Shown: positions 53,601 through 64,000 of the stretch, piece after piece
Numbering within the stretch: position 1 is the stretch's first letter
Layout: each line of letters opens with the position of its first letter
Assembly: GCA_951406725.2 (NCBI GenBank)
Contig: OX597818.1
Coordinates: 43,586,001-43,650,000, forward strand
Source of the DNA: Octopus vulgaris
Taxonomy: Eukaryota
Reading direction: 5' to 3'
DNA: 64,000 bases
Notes under the pieces: model-generated
What the model was told of the DNA's origin: nothing
Seen by the model: only the letters and a program-made list of their open reading frames with translations
The model's database searches: none
Position numbers and translations under genes: made by a program

Positions 53601-56600
53601 GGTAAATTCCATTGTCTCAACCACGGTCGAACAATGATGATGTGAGGCCCAATGTTCAAAGATCATGCTTCACCACCTCATCTCATGTCTTCTTGAGTCT
53701 ACCTCTTCCACAGAGATCAGCACTTCTTTACACAATTATCCTCATCCATATGCATCACATGGCCATACCAGCACAGTCGTCTCTCTTACACACTACATCT
53801 GATGTTTCATGCCCAAATTTTCACTCAAGACGTTCACACTCTATCATACATGCACACTGATATTGCACATCCAGAAAAGCATGCTAGTTTCAATACTTTC
53901 AAGCCCATGCATGTCCTCAGCAGTCACAGCCCATATTTCACTGCTGTGTAGCATGGCTGTTTGCACACGAGCATCATACAATCTGCTTTTTACTCTGAGG
54001 GAGAGGCTTTTAGTTACCAAAAGAAGTAGGAGCTTTCTGAACTTTGCCCAGCCTATTCTTATTCTAGCAGCTACGCTCTTGGAGCATCCACCTCCACTGC
54101 TGACTTGGTCATCTAGATAGGGGAAACTATCAATTACTTCTAGGTACCCCCCACCTGCCATTTGATGGAATCTATTTTCTGTACACTTTTAGTGTTTATT
54201 GTACTGGTGCACCTGCCATGCACAAATACTATTTTCCCTGTTAACCTTCTTCTGATATTGCTGCACCTCTTGTGTATCCATAGCTTGCACCAGGTACATC
54301 TTACAGTGTTTCTACCTGCATCTTTTCTACATATTGAGCAGGGCCATCTACCTGAAGGGATTTGTAATTTGTCCTCTTTTCTACTTACTAAGACTTTGGT
54401 TTTTACTAAATTAACTCTAAGGCCCTTTGATTCTAGACTTTGCTTCCACATCCGAAATTTCTTTTCTAGTTCTGGTAGTGAGTCAGCTATAAGAACAAGG
54501 TCATCAGCAGCCTGACTTAAATTCCTCTGTTATTGCCTAGAGGACTATGATGAACAAGAGGGTGCTAAGCACCAATCCTTGGTGAACCCCTACTTGTACT
54601 CTGAATTCATTGCTATACTTGTTGTCAATCATCGCCTTACTGACAGCATCCCTGTACATAGTTTGTACAGCTCTCACCAACCACTCATCTATCCTTAGTT
54701 TATGCATTGGTCACCAGATAAGGGAGCAGGGGTCCCTGTTGAAAGCTTTCTCTATGTCAACAAAAGTCAAGTATAGAGGTTTATTTTTGGATTGGTACTT
54801 CTGCAGCTACCTTACCAGAAATATAGCACCAGTGGTGCTCCTCCCTGGCACAAAATCAAACTGCATCTTATCTAGACTAACTCTCTTCCTAATTAGTTGG
54901 GCTATGACCCTCTCTGTAATTATTTGTCTTAGGCATCACCTTTATTTTTGTAGCAGTTGGCTATGATTCTGCTCCACCAGTCTTTAGGTATGACTCCCTC
55001 ATGTACAACCTGATTAACTATACTGGTGATTAAGCCATAACCCATACTGCCAGATATTTTAAGCATCTCAACAGTGATTCCTGAAAGGTTGGGGGCTTTT
55101 CTAGTCTTCATATTCTTCATGGCTTTATCTATCATGCTCCTGTCTATTTGGATTGCTGGTCCCTCTGTTGTATCCACAGTAGGTAGACTCTCCTCCTCCT
55201 GAAAGTTTGCTACATTTAGTAGCCTTTCATAGTGGCACTTTCAAACCTCTTTCGTTGCATGTGAACCATCATCCATGTGAATACACTTCTCTCCAACAAT
55301 ATCACAATTTTCCCTGGCACACTGACTTGCAATGCAAGCCAAAGCACTTCAAGCTGCTGGCCCTTATGCTACATAACGTTGGCAAGCTTTTTCCTTTCTG
55401 CTTCACCCCTAGCTAAGTATACCTGCCTCCTAGCTGCCTGATGTAGCTTCTTGCTACCACCACACTTCCAGTCCTTCTAAGCCTGTTTCTTTGTTCTAAT
55501 GGCCCTGTCAACTACACTGTTCCATCACCACATTAACCTAGGTCTGGTTGGGATTTTGCACTAACCATAAATTTGGTCTGTGGCTCTCAGCAAGTTGCCT
55601 TGCAGGAACTTCCAGTAATAAACTGTCCTAAGTCTGCAACTCCTATTTCTCATTAAATGTTTCAGTTAGGATGTCTCTAAATCTCTAACTATTCAAAGGA
55701 TCCTTAAGCTTCCATATCCTTCTTTTCCAAACTGGCTTGCTTCTTGGTTTCTTTCATGCCTGTACCTTGAACTCACTACTGAGTAACCTATGCTGAGGGG
55801 TTGTATATTTGTACGATGCCATTAAAATCCCCCAGCATTGTTGTTGAAATGTAAATAAAAGTGTATTTTTGTCTCCTGAGAATATGTATTAGTTTTTGTT
55901 GTTGGAGATTAATTTAAAATGTTTTCCATATGAGTAATGATTTTAAGTTATGAAGACTGAATATAATACTTTTTCTAATCCATTATAGAACCAGTGACAG
56001 TTCTGTGTAGAAATGTTCCCCAGGAAGTGACTGCTGAGAAATTTGAGAAATTTCTTAAGAAGAAAGGAATTGAATTTGCATCTGTCCGTAAACAAGACAA
56101 TAAAAAGTGTGTATTAGATTTATTTATTACCCATTTTATGCCTGTTTTTCTGTGCTTTTCACTACTTCTTTATCATTCATTTTTTATTTTTTGTATTCTT
56201 CTTTTATAGGTTTGCACATATCGACTTAGCTAATCCTGATGACCTTGATGCAGTCCTAGCCATGCAGGATATGGAATATAAAGGATCTATATTGATATTT
56301 GAGAAGGGTAAGCCCATGGGGGCATCAAAACCAGAAAGAACAGACAGAGATAAGGGTATGTTTATGTTCTCTCTGAGTATGAATGTAATTCTAAAATATT
56401 TGTGAGTTTAGACTGGCTTTGTATGACAATATACAAGCTCTATCCATTAAATGTATTGCTGTGTTTTGCATAGCAGTTAATCTTTGCTGTTATTCTATGT
56501 AGCTTTTTAAATGGAATAAAGTAAAGTGAATAATCAGTGGGGTTTTTTTTTTAGTTTTGAGAAAACCGACTGAAGTCTGGTTTCTTCTAAAAAAATTTGG

Positions 56601-59600
56601 AAGAGAAATATTTTAAGTTTCACTCTGGATATCATTGCATTCACTACTGCTGCCTGACATTATTTAAACCCTTGTAATTTGAAGCATCTGGTTCAACCTG
56701 TCATGTGCTATGTTTGCTACATTTTTTTTTTTTTATCTACTGCATTCCAAAAATTGTTCAATTTCAGGTTCTTTATTTCTAAACCTGAAGCTTATAAAGT
56801 TTTAAAAGGGATAATACATTATGGAGATAAGAGGAAGATAAAGATTTAGAAAAAATTAGAGAATACAATTCATATTATAAGAATGCCAGACAGTACATGG
56901 CAAGTGTTTGTCTAGTGAAATAGTTAATACTAATGCAGTAATAATTTACATCAATATTTTGATTTCAGTATGAATAGATAAACTTGAGTTGTCTCAGATA
57001 CACTGTTACCATTTGAGTTAATTATACAAAATGCCCTTTCCTGTTCTCTGAACAATATAATTTCAGTTATAAACTCTTATTTTGTTTTTTTCAGATGATT
57101 CAAAATCACTGTTTGTGAAGAACTTGTCCTATGATGATTCAGAAGAGAGTATTAGGAACAGTCTGATGGAAATATTTCCTGATGCACGAAATGTCCGAAT
57201 TCCATGCAAGAGAGATACACATAGAGGGTAAGTTTACAGAGATGGTTTTATTGAAATTATGCTTACCAGTTAGACAGTCACATATTTAGATATTCTCTTT
57301 TCAGTAGTATCAGATGTGTTTTGCAATACAAATTTTTTCATTTAGCAAATGTAAAAGCACATTAATTTAACTAGTAAGGGTTGGTACAAGCAAGTTTTAT
57401 ATAAAAAACATTTTTTCCTAAATGTAATATGTGTGTTTTTGTTTCTTCAGGTTTGCCTATGTTGAGTTTGATACTGCTGAAGAAGTAAAGGATGCCGTTG
57501 AAAACAAACAGGGGACCGAATGTGGGGACCGAAAATTGTTCTTAGACTATGCAGGAGGTACTTCACGGCAAAGGAGAGGTTTTAGAGATGGTAATTTTAT
57601 TTCCTTTATTAAACTTTCATTTGATAGAAATTTGGATTGAAATTAAATGATTTACTTTGAATTAACTTAATTTTAATGTATGTATTTTCTTTCCTCTTTG
57701 TCAATTTAAGATCAACCTGAAGAATCCAATGTGCTACTAGTGAGAAATCTATCCTATGAGACAACAGAAGATTCTTTGCGATCATATTTCAGAGATGTTA
57801 CTGCTGTACGAATGCCAATATTTTCAGATTCAGGAAAACCAAAAGGGTGTGTAAAATGACTTTGTTATTTATAAGCAAGTTAACATTTGTTCATGATATA
57901 GTGTATTTTTTTGTTTGATTTTGGTATAATGAATTATTTTCAAAGTGGAATTTTCCATCTTTTAAAATTTTTATTTTAGAATTGCGTTTGTGGAATTTGA
58001 ATCTGTATCAAAAGCCAAAAGTGCTTTGAACAAATATGATGGTACTGATATTGATGGCAGAACTGTTTCCTGCTGTTTTGCAAGAAACAGAGGTGACAAC
58101 GATGGCAGAAATCGAGGTACAGTAGCTTTTGATTTTATCTCATTTTGTTAGGACCTATTGTGAATGAAATATTAACCCTTTAGTGTCCGCATTAATCTGC
58201 CAAAATTAATGCTTTTTCATCCACATTGTTTTGAACTAATCATGCATTATCTTGTAGCTTTGAGATTTTGATGAGGTAGCTGTTAATTCTTAAAATGATA
58301 TTGTAGGGTTGGTGTGAGAGACCAGATCTGGCCATTTTGAACATAAAACAGGCAGAATACTTTTGGCCAGATATGGCCGGTTTAAATGCTAAAGGGTTAA
58401 AGTACATTCTGTCAGATATTTTAAAAGAGGAGAAACCAATCATGTATGAGGTGCATTTGAGTAAAATTGACTGACACTTGGCCTACCAAACCCATTTCAT
58501 GTCATATTTTCTTTTTGCACCAGCAACCTCGTTTCATTATAAATTTAAACATTTCTTTTTAACTATGTATATGTTGCAGCGTGGAAGGTGTTTGTAAGCC
58601 ATTTAAGAAACACACAAAAGCCGTTCGATTCACTTCAACATTTAAGTTTAATTTGTCAAAATATTTTCGTTGCTATAAGACCGCAACCTGTTCACTGACA
58701 AAAATATTTTGACAAATTAAACTTAAATGTTGAAGTGAATCGAACGGCTTTTGTGTGTTTCTTAAATGGCTTACAAACACCTTCCATGCTGCAATTGTTT
58801 TTGTTCCAGCTCACGATCTCAGATCAAATCACTTGCTATGCAAGTACATCTCCGTAATATGTATATGTTCCAGTTCATTATATAAACTTACCACATTGAT
58901 GTATAGCAGGAGTGTCACTGGTGACTCCCGCAGTACAGAATAAATATTATATCAATTCTGTACTGTGGGAATCACCAGTAACACACGTGATAGGCAAAGT
59001 GTTCAGTATAATGCAATATTGTCTATCGGGATTTTTTCTGCAGCTTTTCGGCTATATTGCATATTACTAAAATTATATTTAAATAATTAGACCTTTATAA
59101 GTTTAGGTGTCTAAGTATAAAGTTGTCATTTATGGTGTCGGGTCTACACAGGGAAATGTTGATGGCTAATTCATTTTTTGTTTTTATTAGTTCCAATATA
59201 AGTATGATGAAATCCTGTTCATGAAAGTCAACAGCTATGGTTTTCTGAATTTTTAACTTTATTTGCAGGTTATGCTGGTGGAAGACGCAGTGGCGGTTAT
59301 GGTGGACGCAGTGGAGGTTATGGTGGCGGTGGCTACGGTGGTGGTGGTGGCGGCGGCGGCGGCGGTTATGGAGGTCGCAGTGGTGGTTATGGTGGCCGAA
59401 GTGGTGGTTATGGTAGCGGTGGCTATGGTGGTGGTGGTGGCTACGGTGGTGGTGGTGGTGGCTATGGCGGAGGTGGCTATGGCAGTAGACGTAGTGGTGG
59501 AGGCTACAGTAGCGGTGGAGGCTACGGTGGTGGTGGTGGTGGTTATGGTGGCGGCGGAAGCTACGGCAGTGGTGGTGGTGGTTACGGCAGCAGCTATGGT

Positions 59601-59823
59601 CGAAACAGAGGTTATAGTGGCGGACGAAACAGTATTGGTATATAAACCATTTTTTTTTTTTTTTTTTTTTTTCGTTTTGCATTTTAGTTTGAAGTTTGAG
59701 ATAGATAATTGAGTATTTATTTCCTAATTGCAATATTGTCAAAACAATTTTATTTTTGTTTCATGTTTTGTTTTTTTTAAAGGAACGGGTAAGAAAAGGA
59801 CTTATAGTGATAGCGACAGATGA
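41617..59823 (+). CDS. NCL: Nucleolin-like protein, copy B (14 coding exons, ~549 aa, 3 RRMs + expanded Gly/Tyr tail)
   Basis: Exons: 41617-41637 (MAARKNK), 44321-44392, 49768-49822, 51549-51749, 51873-51911 (alternative in-frame AG giving a start at 51867), 52211-52252, 55989-56106, 56210-56355, 57095-57227, 57451-57590, 57711-57846, 57980-58116, 59269-59637, 59783-59823 (GTGKKRTYSDSDR*). Total 1650 nt, open throughout, with the same intron positions and phases as copy A. Confidence 0.88.
42445..42960 (+). other. Conserved structured non-coding element in intron 1 of copy B (candidate poison exon 42495-42849 or intronic ncRNA)
   Basis: Paralog of 35480-35970. Pairings: CUUUUCA(42546-52)/UGAAAAG(42834-40), UGUCGUGG(42572-79)/CUACGGUG(42809-16), GUGUCGGU(42588-95)/ACCGGUAU(42794-801). 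Confidence 0.75.
46403..47960 (+). mobile_element. Tc1/mariner IR/DR-type DNA transposon, inactive, in intron 2 of copy B
   Basis: ~210-bp TIRs (46403-46612 and 47737-47960) with internal direct repeats CAAAATG(T/A)TCAGAA. The right end is ...CAACTG|TA and the left tip is missing. Frameshifted transposase with HTH/GRPRK, FSDESKF, FMQGNAPCH (second catalytic D changed to G) and SPDLNPIENVW. Confidence 0.93.
51040..51385 (-). mobile_element. CR1/L2-like LINE 3' fragment
   Basis: RPILEYG...LERVQKLATRMV.GLKHLSYEERLK...LYSLEKRR...LRGHS is the characteristic CR1 ORF2 C-terminus. Confidence 0.85.
53612..55800 (-). mobile_element. Degenerate RTE-clade LINE (RT region), antisense in intron 6 of copy B
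   Basis: Broken ORFs with MKTRKAP..GITVEMLK, VGVHQG, AADDLVLIA, GLRVNLVKTKVLVS, FPYLDDQVSSGGG and ARIRIGWAKFR motifs typical of RTE reverse transcriptase. Confidence 0.88.
58172..58400. mobile_element. TTAA-flanked MITE (piggyBac-like ends)
   Basis: TTAACCCTTTAG ... CTAAAGGGTTAA termini. Related copies at ~17513-17730, 22380-22604, 27850-28066, 49890-50410 (tandem) and 63435-63655. Confidence 0.75.
58574..58794. repeat. 94-bp near-perfect inverted repeat with 33-nt spacer (intron 12 of copy B)
   Basis: 58574-58667 is the reverse complement of 58701-58794 with one difference, which is a G.U pair in the sense RNA. Confidence 0.92.
58912..58984. repeat. 30-bp hairpin (intron 12 of copy B)
   Basis: GTGTCACTGGTGACTCCCGCAGTACAGAAT ... 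ATTCTGTACTGTGGGAATCACCAGTAACAC with a ~13-nt AT loop. Confidence 0.85.
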
Positions 59824-60045
59824 GATTTAACATCTTGGATGAGACAGCTGTGGCTTCCGTTGTTATTGGGTGTTAGATGGTGATATCGTCTTGATTTTTT
59901 TTTTTTTTTACATTCAATCACAACCACATCCACATCCAGTGACTGCAGAAAAGTCACTTTTATTCAGTTCTTTACATATGTGGTTTCACTTGTATATAGC
60001 CATGAATTTTTGCACTACTGATATTGTATGTAAACACTTACTCTG

Positions 60046-60051
60046 ATTAAA
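60046..60051 (+). terminator. ATTAAA polyadenylation signal of copy B
   Basis: Same position and context as in the copy A 3' UTR; TTGTGTTGT lies downstream. Confidence 0.6.
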
Positions 60052-60414
60052 AAACATCAAAATATTCACTTATTGTGTTGTCTGTAAATAATTTCTGCAG
60101 TTACTAACTAATCTTTATTAACATGTCTTTAACAAATCTTTATTAACCTTTCAGCTGAGATTACTTGTTCTAAAATGCTTATATTTAAACTGGCCATATC
60201 CAGCCCAAATCATCATCATCATTGTTTGGTCCTGCAGATCATGGGTTGTAATATTTTCACAAGGATTTGAGCAAAAAGCACTCAGTACCCTCTGTAAAGC
60301 AGTTTGTATTAAGAAAAGCATCTAGCTGTAGAAAACCATGCCAAAAATTTTGTTGGAGCTTGGCACAACCTTCTGGCTTGTTGGTCCCTGTCAAACTGTC
60401 CAACCCATCATCAT

Positions 60415-60880
60415 CAACATTGTTCAACCGTGGTCGAGACAATGGAATTTACCATGCTACGCCAGACTTCACGGTCCATCATAGCATTACGGAGGTCCTG
60501 TTGCTGGATGCCTGTATCCCTGGAGATTACATCAGGGTAGGAGAGTGTGTGCCCCCTGGCATTGCGAGTAGATGCTTCCAGGGGAGGAGAGTAGAAATTA
60601 CCTCTTTTTCAGCTCTACAACAATGTCCAGCAAACTGGACTCTCCTACCTTTCACAAGAGATGACACAGGTGGTAGTTTCCCATATATTTGCATTTTGGT
60701 TGGATGGCGCTTCCACAAGAGATTTTGAGCTCTCATAAGGAGGCGAGTGTAGGTTCCATCCAACCGCCTCTCAAGCTTCTTTGATAACGTCCAGGTTTCT
60801 GAGCCATATAGTAGAATTGGTTTGACTGTGGCTTTGAAGATTTCAAGTTTGAAGTCTCTACTTAGATTTGATAACCAGAT
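60415..60880 (-). mobile_element. LINE 3' fragment (RTE/RTE-X-like)
   Basis: LLYGSETWT...DGTYTRLL...RRVQFAGHC.R motifs with a (GAT)n tail. A second copy of the tail lies at ~53510-53641 (+). Confidence 0.75.
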
Positions 60881-61473
60881 ACTCTACCTGTCTTGTTTTC
60901 AAACTGATCAAATCCAGCCGTCATGCCTACTCCTTAGTGTCATTCTAAAAATTAGCAATCACACCTACAAGATAATGCTTGATTAATTCAAAACAATGTC
61001 AACATTTGACAAAGTAATCTGAATGCTAACAGGTTAAATAAATGTCATAAAAGGAACAAATGTATGAGTTGTCAGTTGGTCAACAACATAATATAAAGTG
61101 TTTTTACTCTTTTTCTTGTTTCCCTCATTTGACTGCAGCCATGCTGGAGCACCTCCTTTAGTCGAGCAAATTGACCCCAGGACTTATTCTTTGTACTTAT
61201 TCTATTGGTCTCTTTTGCCGAACCACTAAGTTACAGGGACATAAACACACCAGTATCAGATGTCAAGCGATGTTGGGGGGACAAACACACATATATACGA
61301 TGGGCTTCTTACAGTTTCCGTCTACCAAATCCACTCACAAGGCTTTGGTCGGCATAAGGCTATAGTAGAAGACACTTCCCCAAGGTGCCACGCAGTGAGA
61401 CTGGACCCGGAATCATGTGGTTGGTAAGCAAGCTATTTACCACACATCCACTCCTGCACCTATAGATTGTGTG

Positions 61474-61593
61474 ACGCTTACAGCACCTAGGTTTCCCAAG
61501 CAATCACCCATCTAAGTACTAATTAGGCTCAATGTTGCTTAACTTAGGTGATCAGACGAGAACCGGTCCTTTCAACGTGATATGGCCGTAAGT
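61474..61593 (-). pseudogene. 5S rRNA-derived copy (probable pseudogene)
   Basis: Reverse complement ACTTACGGCCATATCACGTTGAAAGGACCGGTTCTCGTCTGATCACCTAAGTTAAGCAACATTGAGCCTAATTAGTACTTAGATGGGTGATTGCTTGGGAAACCTAGGTGCTGTAAGC is full-length mollusc-type 5S with box A and box C. It has several CpG-type transitions, no oligo-T terminator, and is a single copy. Confidence 0.85.
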
Positions 61594-64000
61594 GAAAACA
61601 TTTAATATCATGATGATTTTTTTCAGTGATGTGAGTGGCAGTGCCTTCCAAGATTGTAATATCAGTGAGTTCATGTGTAAATTACTGTTTGTAAATCATA
61701 CAAACCAGTTCAGTTAATATCATTATGTATAGCAATTTGTGGTATTTGCTTCGCAGATGGCTATTGTTCAGCAATAAGGTCTTGCTTCAGTTTAAAAGAA
61801 ATGAGATAGTTATTGTGTATAGAAAAGTTGAATACTGTGATTCTTAAGAGTGAAAAATATTGATTTACTCACAGAAGTGGATACTAAATGTTTGTCTTCT
61901 TCACCTGGTTGTATATGACTGGAAATTTAAACATTATTGTCCACTTTTCCATGCTTGCAGCTTTTCTACAGCTGGATGTCATTCCTGTTGTCAACCTTCA
62001 CCTGTTTTCAAGCCAGGCAACATTTTCTCATTGCCAGACATGTATGTGCAGAATATTGGAGATGAATGACAGACACTTATTTACAAGGTTATCCTGCTTA
62101 TTGTGTTCTCTTCATGGAAGGTCCAGCTGGGTTGATAACTTGTGTTGGTCATGACAGGTAAGGTATCTCAAGAGTACGGGGACTGACTGGACTCTGCTGT
62201 GCAGGTTACCCAAAAGGCCTCAGAAATATACCAACAGATGGTGCATGCCTCCCACATAATGTCAAGACAATATACACACATTCACACAACAGTTTCAGTT
62301 TCTGTAACCAAATCCACTTGGAAGGCTTTGGTCATCCCAAGCTCAAGACATTTGCTGAAGGTGCGATGCAGTGGACCTAAATTCAAAACCATGTGCTTGG
62401 AAGTGCTATCATGCATTTTTTAAAGTTTTAAAAGGATTTGTAATGAATGGAAGATGGGGTTTGTAAAACTTTGAGGGTGACTTGCTCAGCAGACACTGTT
62501 GCGACAGGATTGTTTTGCATGCAGGAAAGATTATAAGAATGTTAATTTTGAAGTTGGTGGTTTATTGATGTGCCTGTTATTTTATTTTTTTTTGCAAACA
62601 GGTTTAAATAAAGATAAGAGTTACACTTTTAAGTTAGAATTAAGACCATTAGAGAAAAACTTTCAAAGACTTCATAGAATGTGGATTACTTTAGGGACTA
62701 TGTTCCAGAGATCTCATTTCAGTCAAAAATTTGTGAAAATTTAAATCTGTGTTAGAAAATAGATATTTATTTTTAACATCATCATTTAATGTCCATTTCC
62801 AACTGGCCCTGGGTCAGACGGTATAACAGGAGCTGACAAGCCAGAGAGATGAACCAAGCCCCAATTATCAGTTTTGGCATGGTTTCTACAGCTAAACATC
62901 GACCACTTTACAGCATTGACTGAGAGAGGGGCATAGCTGTAAAGGACATACCTATGTGTATGGAAAGCCAAAGTTTTACTTAGTTTGACACTCTTCCTCA
63001 AGCACAGCAAATTGCCATGTCTCAGTCTCTTGTCATCTCCCCAGTGAGGCAGAATGTCTAAGGATCCTTTCTCACCACTTCATTCCATGTTTCTACCCCT
63101 TCCATACATTCTCTCCACAATTAAAGTTGGACACTTCTTAATGTATCTGTCCTTATCCATACATACCAGCAATTTTCTCTCCTGAATGCTACTTTTCTCA
63201 TCTACTCTGTTGTACGTGCACACTTACACTACCTATTTCTTTATTACCCACAAGGGGCTAAACACAGAGGGGACAGACATATTAAGTCGATTACATCGTT
63301 ACAGTGCGTAACTGGTACTTAATTTATCGACCCTGAAAGGATGAAAGGCAAAGTTGAACTCACAACGTAACAGCAGACGAAATACCACTAAGCATTTCGC
63401 CCGGCATGCTAACGTTTCTACCAGCTCGCTGCCTTAACCCTTTCATTACCAAACCAGCTCTGGCTCTGTAGTACAAATGTCTTGTTTTCATAAGTTCTGA
63501 ATAAAAATCTTCCACCAAATCTTAGTCGCAATTTATGTTCCTAACACTAGCTTAATGATAACTAAGTTATTTTACTAAATTCTTTGTTATATTTAGAGTA
63601 ATTGAAAGAAACACAGAGCATCTCAAAATAAATACAGTAATGAGAGTGGGTTAAACTGGAACTGAACAGGTAATGTAAGTGGCTTCATTTCTCTCAAACC
63701 TTTGCAGATCCTCTATGGTCGTAATCCATGTAGCATTGTTGTAATGTATACAGGCATTATACAATCTGCTCTTCACTCTGAAGGAGGCCTTTTGCCCAGC
63801 TTGTTCTCATACTAGCAACTATACTTTCAGAACACCTACTCTAATGCTAATACTCAAGGTAACAGAAGCCATCTAGTACTTCTAAGGGTTCCTTAAGATA
63901 TTTGTGATTCTTAGTTTTTTTACTGTACCTGCACATCTGCCATACACAAAGACTACTTCTTGTGATACTAATGCACGCATAGCTTGCACTGGCTACATCA

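Noticed and set aside
55994-56209. ORF reading through intron 7 giving a hydrophobic membrane-like tail
   Set aside because: Expected from a T-rich intron, ends at the acceptor TAG, and not preserved in A.
59204-59248. ATGATGA...CTGA in B intron 12 (vertebrate NCL hosts U20/U82/U23)
   Set aside because: Too short (~45 nt), no terminal stem or guide, and absent from A. No convincing intronic snoRNA was found in either copy by eye.
59095-59742. 215-aa His-rich (-) and 149-aa Val-rich (+) ORFs
   Set aside because: Shadow frames of the GGT/GGC-rich glycine exon; the same applies to 21198-21437.

Overview
AT-rich animal genomic DNA. The SINE, MITE and microsatellite content and a mollusc-type 5S copy suggest an octopus or other coleoid cephalopod (inference). 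The window is dominated by a head-to-head (divergent) duplicated pair of intact 14-exon nucleolin-like genes: copy A on - (ATG 36683, stop 21074, ~498 aa) and copy B on + (ATG 41617, stop 59823, ~549 aa). Each has an acidic N-terminus, an NLS, three RRMs, a Gly-rich tail and a GKKxTF/Y end. The strongest unexplained signal is a ~500-nt non-coding block in intron 1 of both copies (A 35480-35970, B 42445-42960). By eye it is better conserved than the flanking intron and at least as well as the coding exons. It folds into a long G.U-rich rod on the sense strand only, and is bracketed by a conserved AG, in-frame stop and GTAA donor, so it is a candidate structured poison exon or novel intronic RNA. 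Copy B shows targeted protein divergence: loss of half the bipartite NLS, loss of a TPKK CDK site, a Tyr-rich GYG tail and loss of the pyrimidine-rich start. Also present: a probable 5' end of a third gene (- strand, ~10870), a dead IR/DR Tc1, RTE/CR1/Gypsy/hAT relics, many SINEs and MITEs, several intronic foldbacks and a 5S rRNA pseudogene. All alignments and folds were done by eye.
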